DNA from: Eledone cirrhosa
Taxonomy: Eukaryota
Assembly: GCA_964016885.1 (NCBI GenBank)
Contig: OZ024742.1
Span: forward strand, 166,904,001 to 166,968,000
Direction of reading: 5' to 3'
DNA length: 64,000 nt
Part shown: piece after piece, positions 9,701 to 23,699 of the stretch
Numbering within the stretch: the first letter of the stretch is position 1
Layout of the letters: each line of letters begins with the position of its first letter
The notes under the pieces: model-generated
The model's input: only the letters and a program-made list of their open reading frames with translations
Database searches by the model: none
What the model was told of the DNA's origin: nothing
Translations under genes and position numbers: made by a program

Positions 9701-12700
9701 ATAATTTGTAAAAAAAAAATCAGGGGGAGATAATTTGTAAAAAAAAATAAGGGGTAGATAATTTGTAAAAAAAATCAGAGGGAGATAATTTGTAAAAAAA
9801 ATCAGGGAGAGATAATTAGTAAAAAAAATCAAGGGGAGATAATTTCCAGCCGTCCAAGGGGAGGTAATATCTAGCCGTCCAAGGGGAGATAATTTCCAGC
9901 CGTCCAAGGGGAGATAATTTCCAGCCGTCCAAGGGTAGATAATATCCAGCCGTCCAAGTAGACATATTTTCCAGCCGTCCAAGGAGAGGTAATTTCTAGC
10001 CGTCCAAGGGGAGATAAATTCCAGCCTCCAAGGGGAGATAATTTCCAGCCAGCCAAGGGGAGATAATTTGTAAAAAAATCAGGGGGAGATAATTTGTAAA
10101 AAAAATCAGGGGGAGATAATTTGTAAAAAAAAATCAGGGGGAGATAATTTGTAAAAAAAATCAGGGGGAGATAATTTGTAAAAAAAAATCAGGGGGAGAT
10201 AATTTGTAAAAAAAAATCAGGGGGAGATAATTTGTAAAAAAAAAATCAGGGGGAGATAATTTGTAAAAAAAATCAAGGGGAGATAATTTCCAGCCGTCCA
10301 AGGGGAGATAATTTCCAGCCGTCCAAGGGGAGGTAATATCTAGCCGTCCAAGGGGAGATAATTTCCAGCCGTCCAAGAGGAGATAATTTCCAGCCGTCCA
10401 AGGGAAGATAATTTCAAGCCCTCCAAGGGGCTATAATTTCCAGTGTCCAAGGGGAGATAATTTCCAGCCAGCGAAGGGGAGATAATTTTTTTTTAAAAAT
10501 CAGGGGGAGATTTGTAAAAAAAATCAGGGGGAGATAATTTGTAAAAAAAATCAAGGGGAGATAATTTCCAGCCGTCGAAGGGAAGATAATTACCAGCCCT
10601 CCAAGGGGCTATAATTTCCAGCGTCCAAGGGGAGATAATTTCCAGCCAGCGAAGGGGAGATAATTTTTTTAAAAAAATCATTGGGAGATTTGTAAAAAAA
10701 ATCAGGGAGAGATAATTTGTAAAAAAAATCAAGGGGAGATAATTTCCAGCCGTCCAAGGGGAGATAATATCTAGCCGTCCAAGGGGAGATAATTTCCAGC
10801 CGTCCAAGGGGAGATAATTTCCAGCCGTCCAAGGGTAGATAATATCCAGCCGTCCAAGTAGACATTTTCCAGCCGTCCAAGGAGAGGTAATTTCTAGCCG
10901 TCCAAGGGGAGATAAATTCCAGCCTCCAAGGGGAGATAATTTCCAGCCAGCCAAGGGGAGATAATTTGTAAAAAAAATCAGGGGGAGATAATTTGTAAAA
11001 AAAATCAGGGGGAGATAATTTGTAAAAAAAAATCAGGGGGAGATAATTTGTAAAAAAAATCAGGGGGAGATAATTTGTAAAAAAATCAAGGGGAGATAAT
11101 ATGCAGCCGTCCAAGGGGAGATAATTTTCAGCCGTCCAAGGAGAGGTAATTTCTAGCCGTCCAAGGGGAGATAATTTCCAGCCGTCCAAGGGGAGATAAT
11201 TTCCAGCCGTCCAAGGGGAGATAGTTTTTTTAAAAAAATCAGGCGGAGATAATTTGTAAAAAAAAAATCAGGGGGAGATAATTTGTAAAAAAAAATCAGG
11301 GGGAGATAATTTGTAAAAGAAATTCAGGGGGAGATAATTTGTAAAAAAAATCAGGGGGAGATAATTAGTAAAAAAAATCAAGGGGAGATAATTTCCAGCC
11401 GTCCAAGGGGAGGTAATATCTAGCCGTCCACGGGGAGATAATTTCCAGCCGTCCAAGGGGAGATAATTTCCAGCCGTCCAAGGGGAGATAATATCCAGCC
11501 GTCCAAGTAGACATATTTTCCAGCCGTCCAAGGAGAGGTAATTTCTAGCCGTCCAAGGGGAGATAAATTCCAGCCTCCAAGGGGAGATAATTTCCAGCCA
11601 GCCAAGGGGAGATAATTTGTAAAAAAATCAGGGGGAGATAATTTGTAAAAAAAATCAGGGGGAGATAATTTGTAAAAAAAAATCAGGGGGAGATAATTTG
11701 TAAAAAAAAATCAGGGGGAGATAATTTGTAAAAAAAATCAGGGGGAGATAATTTGTAAAAAAAAATCAGGGGGAGATAATTTGTAAAAAAAAATCAGGGG
11801 GAGATAATTTGTAAAAAAAAATCAGGGGGAGATAATTTGTAAAAAAAATCAAGGGGAGATAATTTCCAGCCGTCCAAGGGGAGATAATTTCCAGCCGTCC
11901 AAGGGGAGGTAATATCTAGCCGTTCAAGGGGAGATAATTTCCAGCCGTCCAAGAGGAGATAATTTCCAGCCGTCCAAGGGTAGATAATATCCAGCCGTCC
12001 AAGGAGACATATTTTCCAGCCGTCCAAGGAGAGGTAATTTCTAGCCGTCCAAGGGGAGATAAATTCCAGCCTCCAAGGGGAGATAATTTCCAGCCAGCCA
12101 AGGGGAGATAATTTGTAAATAAAATCAGGGGGAGATAATTTGTAAAAAAAATCAGGGGGAGATAATTTGTAAAAAAAAATCAGGGGGAGATAATTTGTAA
12201 AAAAAATCAGGGGGAGATAATTTGTAAAAAAAAATCAAGGGGAGATAATTTCCAGCCGTCCAAGGGGAGATAATTTTCAGCCGCCCAAGGGGAGATAATT
12301 TCCCGCCAGCCAAGGGAAGATAATATTTAAAAAATCAGGCGGAGATAATTTGTAAAAAAAATCAGGGGGAGATAATTTGTAAAAAAAATCAGGGGGAGAT
12401 AATTTGTAAAAAAAAATCAGGGGGAGATAATTTGTAAAAAAAATCAGGGGGAGATGATTTGTAAAAAAAATCAGGGGTAGATAATTTGTAAAAAAAAATC
12501 AGGGGGAGATAATTTGTAAAAAAAAATCAGGGGGAGATAATTTGTAAAAAAAATCAAGAGGAGATAATTTCCAGCCGTCGAAGGGAAGATAATTTCCAGC
12601 CCTCCAAGGGGCTATAATTTCCAGCGTCCAAGGGGAGATAATTTCCAGCCAGCGAAGGGGAGATAATTTTTTTTAAAAAATCATTGGGAGATTTGTAAAA

Positions 12701-15700
12701 AAAATCAGGGGGAGATAATTTGTAAAAAAAATCAAGGGGAGATAATTTCCAGCCGTCCAAGGGGAGGTAATATCTAGCCATCCAAGGGGAGATAATTTCC
12801 AGCCGTCCAAGGGGAGATAATTTCCAGCCGTCCAAGGGTAGATAATATCCAGCCGTCCAAGTAGACATTTTCCAGCCGTCCAAGGAGAGGTAATTTCTAG
12901 CCGTCCAAGGGGAGATAAATTCCAGCCTCCAAGGGGAGATAATTTCCAGCCAGCCAAGGGGAGATAATTTGTAAAAAAATCAGGGGGAGATAATTTGTAA
13001 AAAAAATCAGGGGGAGATAATTTGTAAAAAAAAATCAGGGGTAGATAATTTGTAAAAAAAAATCAGGGGGAGATAATTTGTAAATAAAAATCAGGGGGAG
13101 ATAATTTGTAAAAAAAATCAAGGGGAGATAATTTCCAGCCGTCCAAGGGGAGATAATTTTCAGCCGTCCAAGGGGAGATAATTTGCAGCCGTCCAAGGGG
13201 AGATAATTTCCATCCTTCCAAGGGGAGATAATTTGTAAAAAAAAATCAGGGGGAGATAATTTGTAAAAAAAATCAAGGGGAGATAATTTCCAGCCGTCCA
13301 AGGGGAGATAATTTTCAGCCGTCCAAGGGGAGATAATTTCCCGCCAGCCAAGGGAAGATAATATTTAAAAAAATCAGGCGGAGATAATTTGTAAAAAAAA
13401 TCAGGGGGAGATAATTTGTAAAAAAATCAGGGGGAGATAATTTGTAAAAAAAAAATCAGGGGGAGATAATTTGTAAAAAAAATCAGGGCTAGATAATTTG
13501 TAAAAAAAAATCAGGGGTAGATAATTTGTAAAAGAAAATCAGGGGGAGATAATTTGTAAAAAAAATCAAGGGGAGATAATTTCCAGCCGTCCAAGGAGAG
13601 ATAATTTTAAAAAAAAATCAGGCGGAGATAATTTGTAAAAAAAAATCAAGGGGAGATAATTTGTAAAAAAAATCAGGGGGAGATAATTTGTAAAAAAAAA
13701 TCAAGGGGAGATAATTTCCAGCCGTCCAAGGGAAGATAATTTCCAGCACTCCAAGGGGCTATAATTTCCAGTGTCCAAGGGGAGATAATTTCCAGCCAGC
13801 GAAGGGGAGATAATTTTTTTAAAAAAATCAGGGGGAGATATGTAAAAAAAATCAGAGGGAGATAATTTCTAAAAAAAATCAAAGGGAGATAATTTCCAGC
13901 CGTCCAAAGAGAGATAATTTCTAGCCGTCCAAGGGGAGATAATTTCCAGCCAAGAGGATATAATTTCCAGCCGTCCAAGGGGAGATAATTTTTTAAAAAA
14001 TCAGGTGGAGATAATTTGTAAAAAAAATCAGGGGGAGATAATTTGTAAAAACAAAATCAAGGGCAGATAATTTCCAGCTGTCCAAGGGGAGATAATTTCC
14101 AGCCGTCCAAGGGGAGATAATTTCCATCCTTCCAAGGGGAGATAATCTCCAGCCGTCCAAGGGGAGATAATTTCCCGCCAGCCAAGGGAAGATAATTTTT
14201 AAAAAAATCAGGCGGAGATTGTAAAAAAAATCAGGGGGAGATAATTTGTAAAAAAATCAGGGGGAGATAATTTGTAAAAAAAAAATCAGGGGAGATAATT
14301 TGTAAAAAAAAATCAGGGGGAGATAATTTGTAAAAAAAAAATCAGGGGGAGATAATTTGTAAAAAAAATCAGGGGTAGATAATTTGTAAAAAAAAATCAG
14401 GGGGAGATAATTTGTAAAAAAAAATCAGGGGGAGATAATTTGTAAAAAAATCAAGGGGAGATAATATGCAGCCGTCCAAGGGGAGATAATATGCAGCCGT
14501 CCAAGGGGAGATAATTTTCAGCCGTCCAAGGAGAGGTAATTTCTAGCCGTCCAAGGGGAGATAATTTCCAGCCGTCCAAGGGGAGATAATTTCCAGCCGT
14601 CCAATGGGAGATAGTTTTTTAAAAAAAATCAGGCGGAGATAATTTGTAAAAAAAAAATCAGGGGGAGATAATTTGTAAAAAAAAATAAGGGGTAGATAAT
14701 TTGTAAAAAAAATCAGAGGGAGATAATTTGTAAAAAAAATCAGGGAGAGATAATTAGTAAAAAAAATCAAGGGGAGATAATTTCCAGCCGTCCAAGGGGA
14801 GGTAATATCTAGCCGTCCAAGGGGAGATAATTTCCAGCCGTCCAAGGGGAGATAATTTCCAGCCGTCCAAGGGTAGATAATATCCAGCCGTCCAAGTAGA
14901 CATATTTTCCAGCCGTCCAAGGAGAGGTAATTTCTAGCCGTCCAAGGGGAGATAAATTCCAGCCTCCAAGGGGAGATAATTTCCAGCCAGCCAAGGGGAG
15001 ATAATTTGTAAAAAAATCAGGGGGAGATAATTTGTAAAAAAAATCAGGGGGAGATAATTTGTAAAAAAAAATCAGGGGGAGATAATTTGTAAAAAAAATC
15101 AGGGGGAGATAATTTGTAAAAAAAAATCAGGGGGAGATAATTTGTAAAAAAAAATCAGGGGGAGATAATTTGTAAAAAAAAAATCAGGGGGAGATAATTT
15201 GTAAAAAAAATCAAGGGGAGATAATTTCCAGCCGTCCAAGGGGAGATAATTTCCAGCCGTCCAAGGGGAGGTAATATCTAGCCGTCCAAGGGGAGATAAT
15301 TTCCAGCCGTCCAAGAGGAGATAATTTCCAGCCGTCCAAGGGAAGATAATTTCAAGCCCTCCAAGGGGCTATAATTTCCAGTGTCCAAGGGGAGATAATT
15401 TCCAGCCAGCGAAGGGGAGATAATTTTTTTTTAAAAATCAGGGGGAGATTTGTAAAAAAAATCAGGGGGAGATAATTTGTAAAAAAAATCAAGGGGAGAT
15501 AATTTCCAGCCGTCGAAGGGAAGATAATTACCAGCCCTCCAAGGGGCTATAATTTCCAGCGTCCAAGGGGAGATAATTTCCAGCCAGCGAAGGGGAGATA
15601 ATTTTTTTAAAAAAATCATTGGGAGATTTGTAAAAAAAATCAGGGAGAGATAATTTGTAAAAAAAATCAAGGGGAGATAATTTCCAGCCGTCCAAGGGGA

Positions 15701-16000
15701 GATAATATCTAGCCGTCCAAGGGGAGATAATTTCCAGCCGTCCAAGGGGAGATAATTTCCAGCCGTCCAAGGGTAGATAATATCCAGCCGTCCAAGTAGA
15801 CATTTTCCAGCCGTCCAAGGAGAGGTAATTTCTAGCCGTCCAAGGGGAGATAAATTCCAGCCTCCAAGGGGAGATAATTTCCAGCCAGCCAAGGGGAGAT
15901 AATTTGTAAAAAAAATCAGGGGGAGATAATTTGTAAAAAAAATCAGGGGGAGATAATTTGTAAAAAAAAATCAGGGGGAGATAATTTGTAAAAAAAATCA
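6080..16000 (+). repeat. 4,938 bp near-perfect tandem duplication (~6080-11017 / ~11018-16000)
   Basis: Constant 4938 offset for ORF pairs 6330/11268, 6856/11794, 7616/12554, 8735/13673, 9605/14543 and 10493/15431. One substitution noticed (13085, TAAATAAAAA). Confidence 0.95.
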
Positions 16001-17362
16001 AGGGGAGATAATTTGCAGCCGTCCAAGGGGAGATAATTTTCAGCCGTCCAAGGAGAGGTAATTTCTAGCCGTCCAAGGTGAGATAATATCCAGCCGTCCA
16101 AGGGGAGATAATTTCCAGCCGTCCAAGGGGAGATAATTTTAAAAAAAAAACAGGCGAAGATAATTTGTAAAAAAAAAATCAGGGGGAGATAATTTGTAAA
16201 AAAAAATCAGGGGGAGATAATTTGTAAAAAAAAATCAGGGGGAGGTAATTTGTAAAAAAAATCAAGGGGAGATAATTTCCAGCCGTCCAAGGGAAGATAA
16301 TTTCCAGCCGTCCAAGGAGAGATAATTTTAAAAAAAAATCAGGCGGAGATAATTTGTAAAAAAAATCAGGGGGAGATAATTTGTAAAAAAAAATCAGGGG
16401 GAGATAATTTGTAAAAAAAATCAAGGGGAGATAATTTCCAGCCGTCCAAGGGGAGATAATTTTCAGCCGTCCAAGGGGAGATAATTTCCAGCCGTCCAAG
16501 GGGAGATAATTTAAAAAAAAAATCAGGCGGAGATAATTTGTAAAAAAAATCAAGGGGAGATAATTTCCAGCTGTCCAAGGGGAGGTAATATCTAGCCGTC
16601 CAAGGGGAGATAATTTCCAGCCGTCCAAGGGGAGATAATTTCCAGCCGTCCAAGGGTAGATAATATCCAGCCGTCCAAGGAGACATATTTTCCAGCCGTC
16701 CAAGGAGAGGTAATTTCTAGCCGTCCAAGTGGAGATAAATTCCAGCCTCCAAGGGGAGATAATTTCCAGCCAGCCAAGGGGAGATAATTTGTAAAAAAAT
16801 CAGGGGGAGATAATTTGTAAAAAAAATCAGGGGGAGATAATTTGTAAAAAAAAATCAGGGGGAGATAATTCGTAAAAAAAATCAGGGGGAGATAATTTGT
16901 AAAAAAAATCAAGGGGAGATAATTTCCAGCCGTCCAAGGGGAGATAATTTTCAGCCGTCCAAGGGGAGATAATTTCCCGCCAGCCAAGGGAAGATAATAT
17001 TTAAAAAATGAGGCGGAGATAATTTGTAAAAAAAAATCAGGGGTAGATAATTTGTAAAAAAAATCAGGGGGAGATAATTTGTAAAAAAAATCAAGGGGAG
17101 ATAATTTCCAGCCGTCCAAGGAGAGATAATTTTTAAAAAAAATCAGGCGGAGATAATTTGTAAAAAAAAAATCAGGGGGAGATAATTTGTAAAAAAAAAT
17201 CAGGGGGAGATAATTTGTAAAAAAAATCAAGGGGAGATAATTTCCAGCCGTCCAAGGGGAGATAATTTTCAGCCGTCCAAGGGGAGATAATTTCCAGCCG
17301 TCCAAGGGGAGATAATTTAAAAAAAAAATCAGGCGGAGATAATTTGTAAAAAAAATCAAGGG

Positions 17363-19990
17363 GAGATAATTTGCAACCGTCCAAGGGGACATAATTTTCA
17401 GTCGTCCAAGGAGAGGTAATTTCTAGCCGTACAAGGGGAGATAATTTCCAGCCGTCCAAGGGGATATAATTTCCAGCCGTCCAAGGGGAGATAATTTTTT
17501 TTTAAAAATCAGGCGGAGATAATTTGTAAAAAAAAAATCAGGGGGAGATAATTTGTAAAAAAAAATCAGGGGGAGATAATTTGTAAAAAAAAATCAGGGG
17601 GAGATAATTTGTAAAAAAAATCAAGGGGAGATAATTTCCAGCCGTCCAAGGGAAGATAATTTCCAGCCCTCCAAGGGGCTATAATTTCCAGCGTCCAAGG
17701 GGAGATAATTTCCAGCCAGCGAAGGGGAGATAATTGTTTTAAAAAAATCATTGGGAGATTTGTAAAAAAAATCAGGGGGAGATAATTAATAAAAAAAATC
17801 AAGGGGAGATAATTTCCAGCCGTCCAAGGGGAGGTAATATCTAGCCGTCCAAGGGGAGATAATTTCCAGCCGTCCAAGGGGAGATAATTTCCAGCCGTCC
17901 AAGGGTAGATAATATCCAGCCGTCCAAGGAGACATATTTTCCAGCCGTCCAAGGAGAGGTAATTTCTAGCCGTCCAAGGGGAGATAAATTCCAGCCTCCA
18001 AGGGGAGATAATTTCCAGCCAGCCAAGGGGAGATAATTTGTAAAAAAATCAGGGGGAGATAATTTGTAAAAAAAATCAGGGGTAGATAATTTGTAAAAAA
18101 AAATCAGGGGGAGATAATTTGTAAAAAAAATCAAGGGGAGATAATTTCCAGCCGTCCAAGGAGAGATAATTTAAAAAAAAAATCAGGCGGAGATAATTTG
18201 TAAAAAAAAATCAGGGGGAGATAATTTGTAAAAAAAAATCAGGGGGAGATAATTTGTAAAAAAAATCAAGGGGAGATAATTTCCAGCCGTCCAAGGGGAG
18301 ATAATTTCCAGCCGTCCAAGGGGAGATAATTTTTTTAAAAAAATCAGGCGGAGATAATTTGTAAAAAAAATCAGGGGGAGATAATTTGTAAAAAAAAATC
18401 AGGGGGAGATAATTTGTAAAAAAAAATCAGGGGGAGATAATTTCCAGCCGTCCAAGGTAAGATAATTTCCAGCCCTCCAAGGGGCTATAATTTCCAGCCG
18501 TCCAAGGGTAGATAATAGCCAGCCGTCCAAGTAGACATATTTTCCAGCCGTTCAAGGAGAGGTAATTTCTAGCCGTCCAAGGGGAGATAAATTCCAGCCT
18601 CCAAGGGGAGATAATTTCCAGCCAGCCAAGGGGAGATAATTTGTAAAAAAATCAGGGGGAGATAATTTGTAAAAAAAATCAGGGGGAGATAATTTGTAAA
18701 AAAAAATCAGGGGGAGATAATTTGTAAAAAAAAATCAGGGGGAGATAATTTGTAAAAAAAAATCAGGGGGAGATAATTTGTAAAAAAAATCAAGGGGAGA
18801 TAATTTCCAGCCGTCCAAGGGGAGATAATTTTCAGCCGTCCAAGGGGAGATAATTTCCAGCCGTCCAAGGGGAGATAATTTCCATCCTTCCAAGGGGAGA
18901 TAATTTCCAGCCGTCCAAGGGGAGATAATTTTCAGCCGTCCAAGGGGAGATAATTTCCCGCCAGCCAAGGGAAGATAATATTTTAAAAAATCAGGCGGAG
19001 ATAATTTGTAAAAAAAATCAGGGGGAGATAATTTGTAAAAAAATCAGGGGGAGATAATTTGTAAAAAAAAAATCAGGGGGAGATAATTTGTAAAAAAAAT
19101 CAGGGGGAGATAATTTGTAAAAAAAAATCAGGGGTAGATAATTTGTAAAAAAAAATCAGGGGGAGATAATTTGTAAAAAAAAATCAGGGGGAGATAATTT
19201 GTAAAAAAAATCAGGGGGAGATAATTTGTAAAAAAAAATCAGGGGGAGATAATTTCCGGCCGTCCAAGGGGAGATAATTTTCAGCCGTCCAAGGGGAGAT
19301 AATTTTTAAAAAAAATCAGGCGGAGATAATTTGTAAAAAAAAATCAAGGGGAGATAATTTGTAAAAAAAAATCAGGGGGAGATAATTTGTAAAAAAATCA
19401 AGGGGAGATAATTTCCAGCCGTCCAAGGGAAGATAATTTCCAGCACTCCAAGGGGCTATAATTTCCAGTGTCCAAGGGGAGATAATTTCCAGCCAGCGAA
19501 GGGGAGATAATTTTTTTAAAAAAATCAGGGGGAGATATGTAAAAAAAATCAGAGGGAGATAATTTCTAAAAAAAATCAAAGGGAGATAATTTCCAGCCGT
19601 CCAAAGAGAGATCATTTCTAGCCGTCCAAGGGGAGATAATTTCCAGCCAAGGGGAGATAATTTCCAGCCGTCCAAGGGGAGATAATTATTTAAAAAATCA
19701 GGTGGAGATAATTTGTAAAAAAAATCAGGGGGAGATAAATTGTAAAAACAAAATCAAGGGCAGATAATTTCCAGCTGTCCAAGGGGAGATAATTTCCAGC
19801 CGTGCAAGGGGAGATAATTTCCAGCCGTCCAAGGGGAGATAATTTCCATCCTTCCAAGGGGAGATAATCTCCAGCCGTCCAAGGGGAGATAATTTCCCGC
19901 CAGCCAAGGGAAGATAATTTTTTAAAAAATCAGGCGGAGATTGTAAAAAAAATCAGGGGGAGATAATTTGTAAAAAAATCAGGGGGAGAT
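17363..19990 (+). repeat. Copy of window positions ~1-2600 at an offset of ~17.36 kb
   Basis: Shared rare variants CCGTACAAGG + GGGGATATAA (66-106 / 17428-17468) and ATAATAGCCAG (1205 / ~18512). ORF 204 matches 17566 (offset 17362) and 1428 matches 18735 (offset 17307, whole-monomer losses). Confidence 0.88.
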
Positions 19991-22900
19991 AATTTGTTAA
20001 AAAAATCAAGGGGAGATTATTTCCAGCCGTCTAAGGGGAGGTAATATCTAGCCGTCCAAGGGGAGATAATTTCCAGCCGTCCAAGGGGAGATAATTTCCA
20101 GCCGTCCAAGGGTAGATAATATCCAGCCGTCCAAGGAGACATATTTTCCAGCCGTCCAAGGAGAGATAATTTCTAGCCGTCCAAGGGGAGATAAATTCCA
20201 GCCTCCAAGGGGAGATAATTTCCAGCCAGCCAAGGGGAGATAATTTGTAAAAAAAATCAGGGGGAGATAATTTGTAAAAAAAAATCAGGGGGAGATAATT
20301 TGTAAAAAAAATCAGGGGGAGATAATTTGTAAAAAAAATCAAGGGGAGATAATTTCCAGCCGTCCAAGGGGAGATAATTTTCAGCCGTCCAAGGGGAGAT
20401 AATTTCCCGCCAGCCAAGGGAAGATAATATTTAAAAAATCAGGCGGAGATAATTTGTAAAAAAAATCAGGGGGAGATAATTTGTAAAAAAATCAGGGGGA
20501 GATAATTTGTAAAAAAAAATCAGGGGGAGATAATTTGTAAAAAAAATCAGGGGTAGATAATTTGTAAAAAAAAATCAGGGGGAGATAATTTGTAAAAAAA
20601 ATCAGGGGGAGATAATTTGTAAAAAAAATCAAGGGGAGATAATTTCCAGCCGTCCAAGGGAAGATAATTTCCAGCACTCCAAGGGGCTATAATTTCCAGT
20701 GTCCAAGGGGAGATAATTTCCAGCCAGCGAAGGGGAGATAATTTTTTTAAAAAAATCAGGGGGAGATATGTAAAAAAAAATCAGAGGGAGATAATTTGTA
20801 AAAAAAATCAAAGGGAGATAATTTCCAGCCGTCCAAAGAGAGATAATTTCTAGTCGTCCAAGGGGAGATAATTTCCAGCCAAGGGGAGATAATTTCCAGC
20901 CGTCCAAGGGGAGATAATTTTTTAAAAAATCAGGTGGAGATAATTTGTAAAAAAAATCAGGGGGAGATAATTTGTAAAAACAAAATCAAGGGCAGATAAT
21001 TTCCAGCTGTCCAAGGGGAGATAATTTCCAGCCGTGCAAGGGGAGATAATTTCCAGCCGTCCAAGGGGAGATAATTTCCATCCTTCCAAGGGGAGATAAT
21101 TTCCAGCCGTCCAAGGGGAGATAATTTCCCGCCAGCCAAGGGAAGATAATTTTTTAAAAAACCAGGCGGAGATTGTAAAAAAAATCAGGGGGAGATAATT
21201 TGTAAAAAAATCAGGGGGAGATAATTTGTAAAAAAAAAATCAGGGGAGATAATTTGTAAAAAAAAATCAGGGGGAGATAATTTGTAAAAAAAAAATCAGG
21301 GGGAGATAATTTGTAAAAAAAAATCAGGGGTAGATAATTTGTAAAAAAAAATCAGGGGGAGATAATTTGTAAAAAAAATCAGGGGGAGATAATTTGTAAA
21401 AAAATGAAGGGGAGATAATATGCAGCCGTCCAAGGGGAGATAATTTTCAGCCGTCCAAGGAGAGGTAATTTCTAGCCGTCCAAGGGGAGATAATTTCCAG
21501 CCGTCCAAGGGGAGATAATTTCAAGCCGTCCAAGGGGAGATAGTTTTTTTAAAAATCAGGGGGAGATTTGTAAAAAAAATCAGGGGGAGATAATTTGCAA
21601 AAAAAATCAAAGGGAGATAATTTCCAGCCGTCCAAAGAGAGATAATTTCTAGCCGTCCAAGGGGAGATAATTTCGAGCCAAGGGGAGATAATTTCCAGCC
21701 GTCCAAGGGGAGATAATTTTTTAAAAAATCAGGTGGAGATAATTTGTAAAAAAAATCAGGGGGAGATAATTTGTAAAAACAAAATCAAGGGCAGATAATT
21801 TCCAGCTGTCCAAGGGGAGATAATTTCCAGCCGTGCAAGGGGAGATAATTTCCAGCCGTCCAAGGGGAGATAATTTCCATCCTTCCAAGGGGAGATAATT
21901 TCCAGCCGTCCAAGGGGAGATAATTTCCCGCCAGCCAAGAGAAGATAATTTATTAAAAAATCAGGCGGAGATTGTAAAAAAAATCAGGGGGAGATAATTT
22001 GTAAAAAAATCAGGGGGAGATAATTTGTAAAAAAATCAAGGGGAGATAATTTCCAGCTGTCCAAGGGGAGGTAATATCTAGCCGTCCAAGGGGAGATAAT
22101 TTCCAGCCGTCCAAGGGGAGATAATTTCCAGCCGTCCAAGGGTAGATAATATCCAGCCGTCCAAGGAGACATATTTTCCAGCCGTCCAAGGAGAGGTAAT
22201 TTCTAGCCGTCCAAGTGGAGATAAATTCCAGCCTCCAAGGGGAGATAATTTCCAGCCAGCCAAGGGGAGATAATTTGTAAAAAAATCAGGGGGAGATAAT
22301 TTGTAAAAAAAATCAGGGGGAGATAATTTGTACAAAAAATCAGGGGTAGATAATTTGTAAAAAAAAATCAGGGGGAGATAATTTGTAAAAAAAATCAAGG
22401 GGAGATAATTTGCAGCCGTCCAAGGGGAGATAATTTTCAGCCGTCCAAGGAGAGGTAATTTCTAGCCGTCCAAGGTGAGATAATATCCAGCCGTCCAAGG
22501 GGAGATAATTTCCAGCCGTCCAAGGGGAGGTAATTTTTAAAAAAAAACAGGCGGAGATAATTTGTAAAAAAAAAATCAGGGTGAGATAATTTGTAAAAAA
22601 AAATCAGGGGGAGATAATTTGTAAAAAAAAATCAGGGGGAGGTAATTTATAAAAAAAATCAAGGGGAGATAATTTCCAGCCAGCGAAGGGGAGATAATTT
22701 CCCGCCAGCCAAGGAAAGATAATATTTAAAAAAATCAGGCGGAGATAATTTGTAAAAAAAATCAGGGGGAGATAATTTGTAAAAAAATCAGGGGGAGATA
22801 ATTTGTAAAAAAAAAATCAGGGGGAGATTTGTAAAAAAAATCAGGGGGAGATAATTTGTAAAAAAAAATCAGGGGTAGATAATTTGTAAAAAAAAATCAG

Positions 22901-23199
22901 GGGGAGATAATTTGTAAAAAAAAATCAGGGGGAGATAATTTGTAAAAAAAATCAATTGGAGATAATTTCCAGCCGTCCAAGGGGAGATAATTTTCAGCCG
23001 TCCAAGGAGAGGTAATTTCTAGACGTCCAAGGGGAGATAATTTCCAGCCGTCCAAGGGGAGATAATTTCCAGCCGTCCAAGGGTAGATAATATCCAGCCG
23101 TCCAAGGAGACATATTTTCCAGCTTTCCAAGGAGAGGTAATTTCTATCCGTCCAAGGGGAGATAAATTCCAGCCTCCAAGGGGAGATAATTTCCAGCCA

Positions 23200-23570
23200 G
23201 CCAAGGGGAGATAATTTTTAAAAAAAAATCAGGCGGAGATAATTTGTAAAAAAAATCTAGGGGAGATAATTTGCAGCCGTCCAAGGGGAGATAATTTTCA
23301 GCCGTCCAAGGAGAGGTAATTTCTAGACGTCCAAGGGGAGATAATTTCCAGCCGTCCAATGGGAGATAATTTCCAGCCGTCCAAGGGGAGATAATTTTAA
23401 AAAAAAAATCAGGCGGAGATAATTTGTAAAAAAAATCTAGGGGAGATAATTTGCAGCCGTCCAAGGGGAGATAATTTTCAGTCGTCCAAGGAGAGGTAAT
23501 TTCTAGCCGTCCAAGGGGAGATAATTTCCAGCCGTCAAAGGGGAGATAATTTCCAGCCGTCCAAGGGGAG
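23200..23570 (+). repeat. 180 bp (7-monomer) tandem duplication
   Basis: The 60-base lines starting at 23221 and 23401 are identical, including the rare AATCTAGGGG variant. The pair recurs at about 49430/49610. Confidence 0.88.
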
Positions 23571-23699
23571 ATAATTTTTTTTAAAAAATCAGGGGGAGAT
23601 AATTTGTAAAAAAAATCAGGGGGAGATAATTTGTAAAAAAAAATCAGGGGGAGATAATATGTAAAAAAAAATCAGGGGGAGATAATTTGTAAAAAAAAT

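Noticed and set aside
16592-17392. Longest ORF (266 aa) as a repeat protein
   Set aside because: Same satellite translation. Its length reflects a chance run of A-tract lengths avoiding the TGA frame, and homologous modules elsewhere are interrupted.
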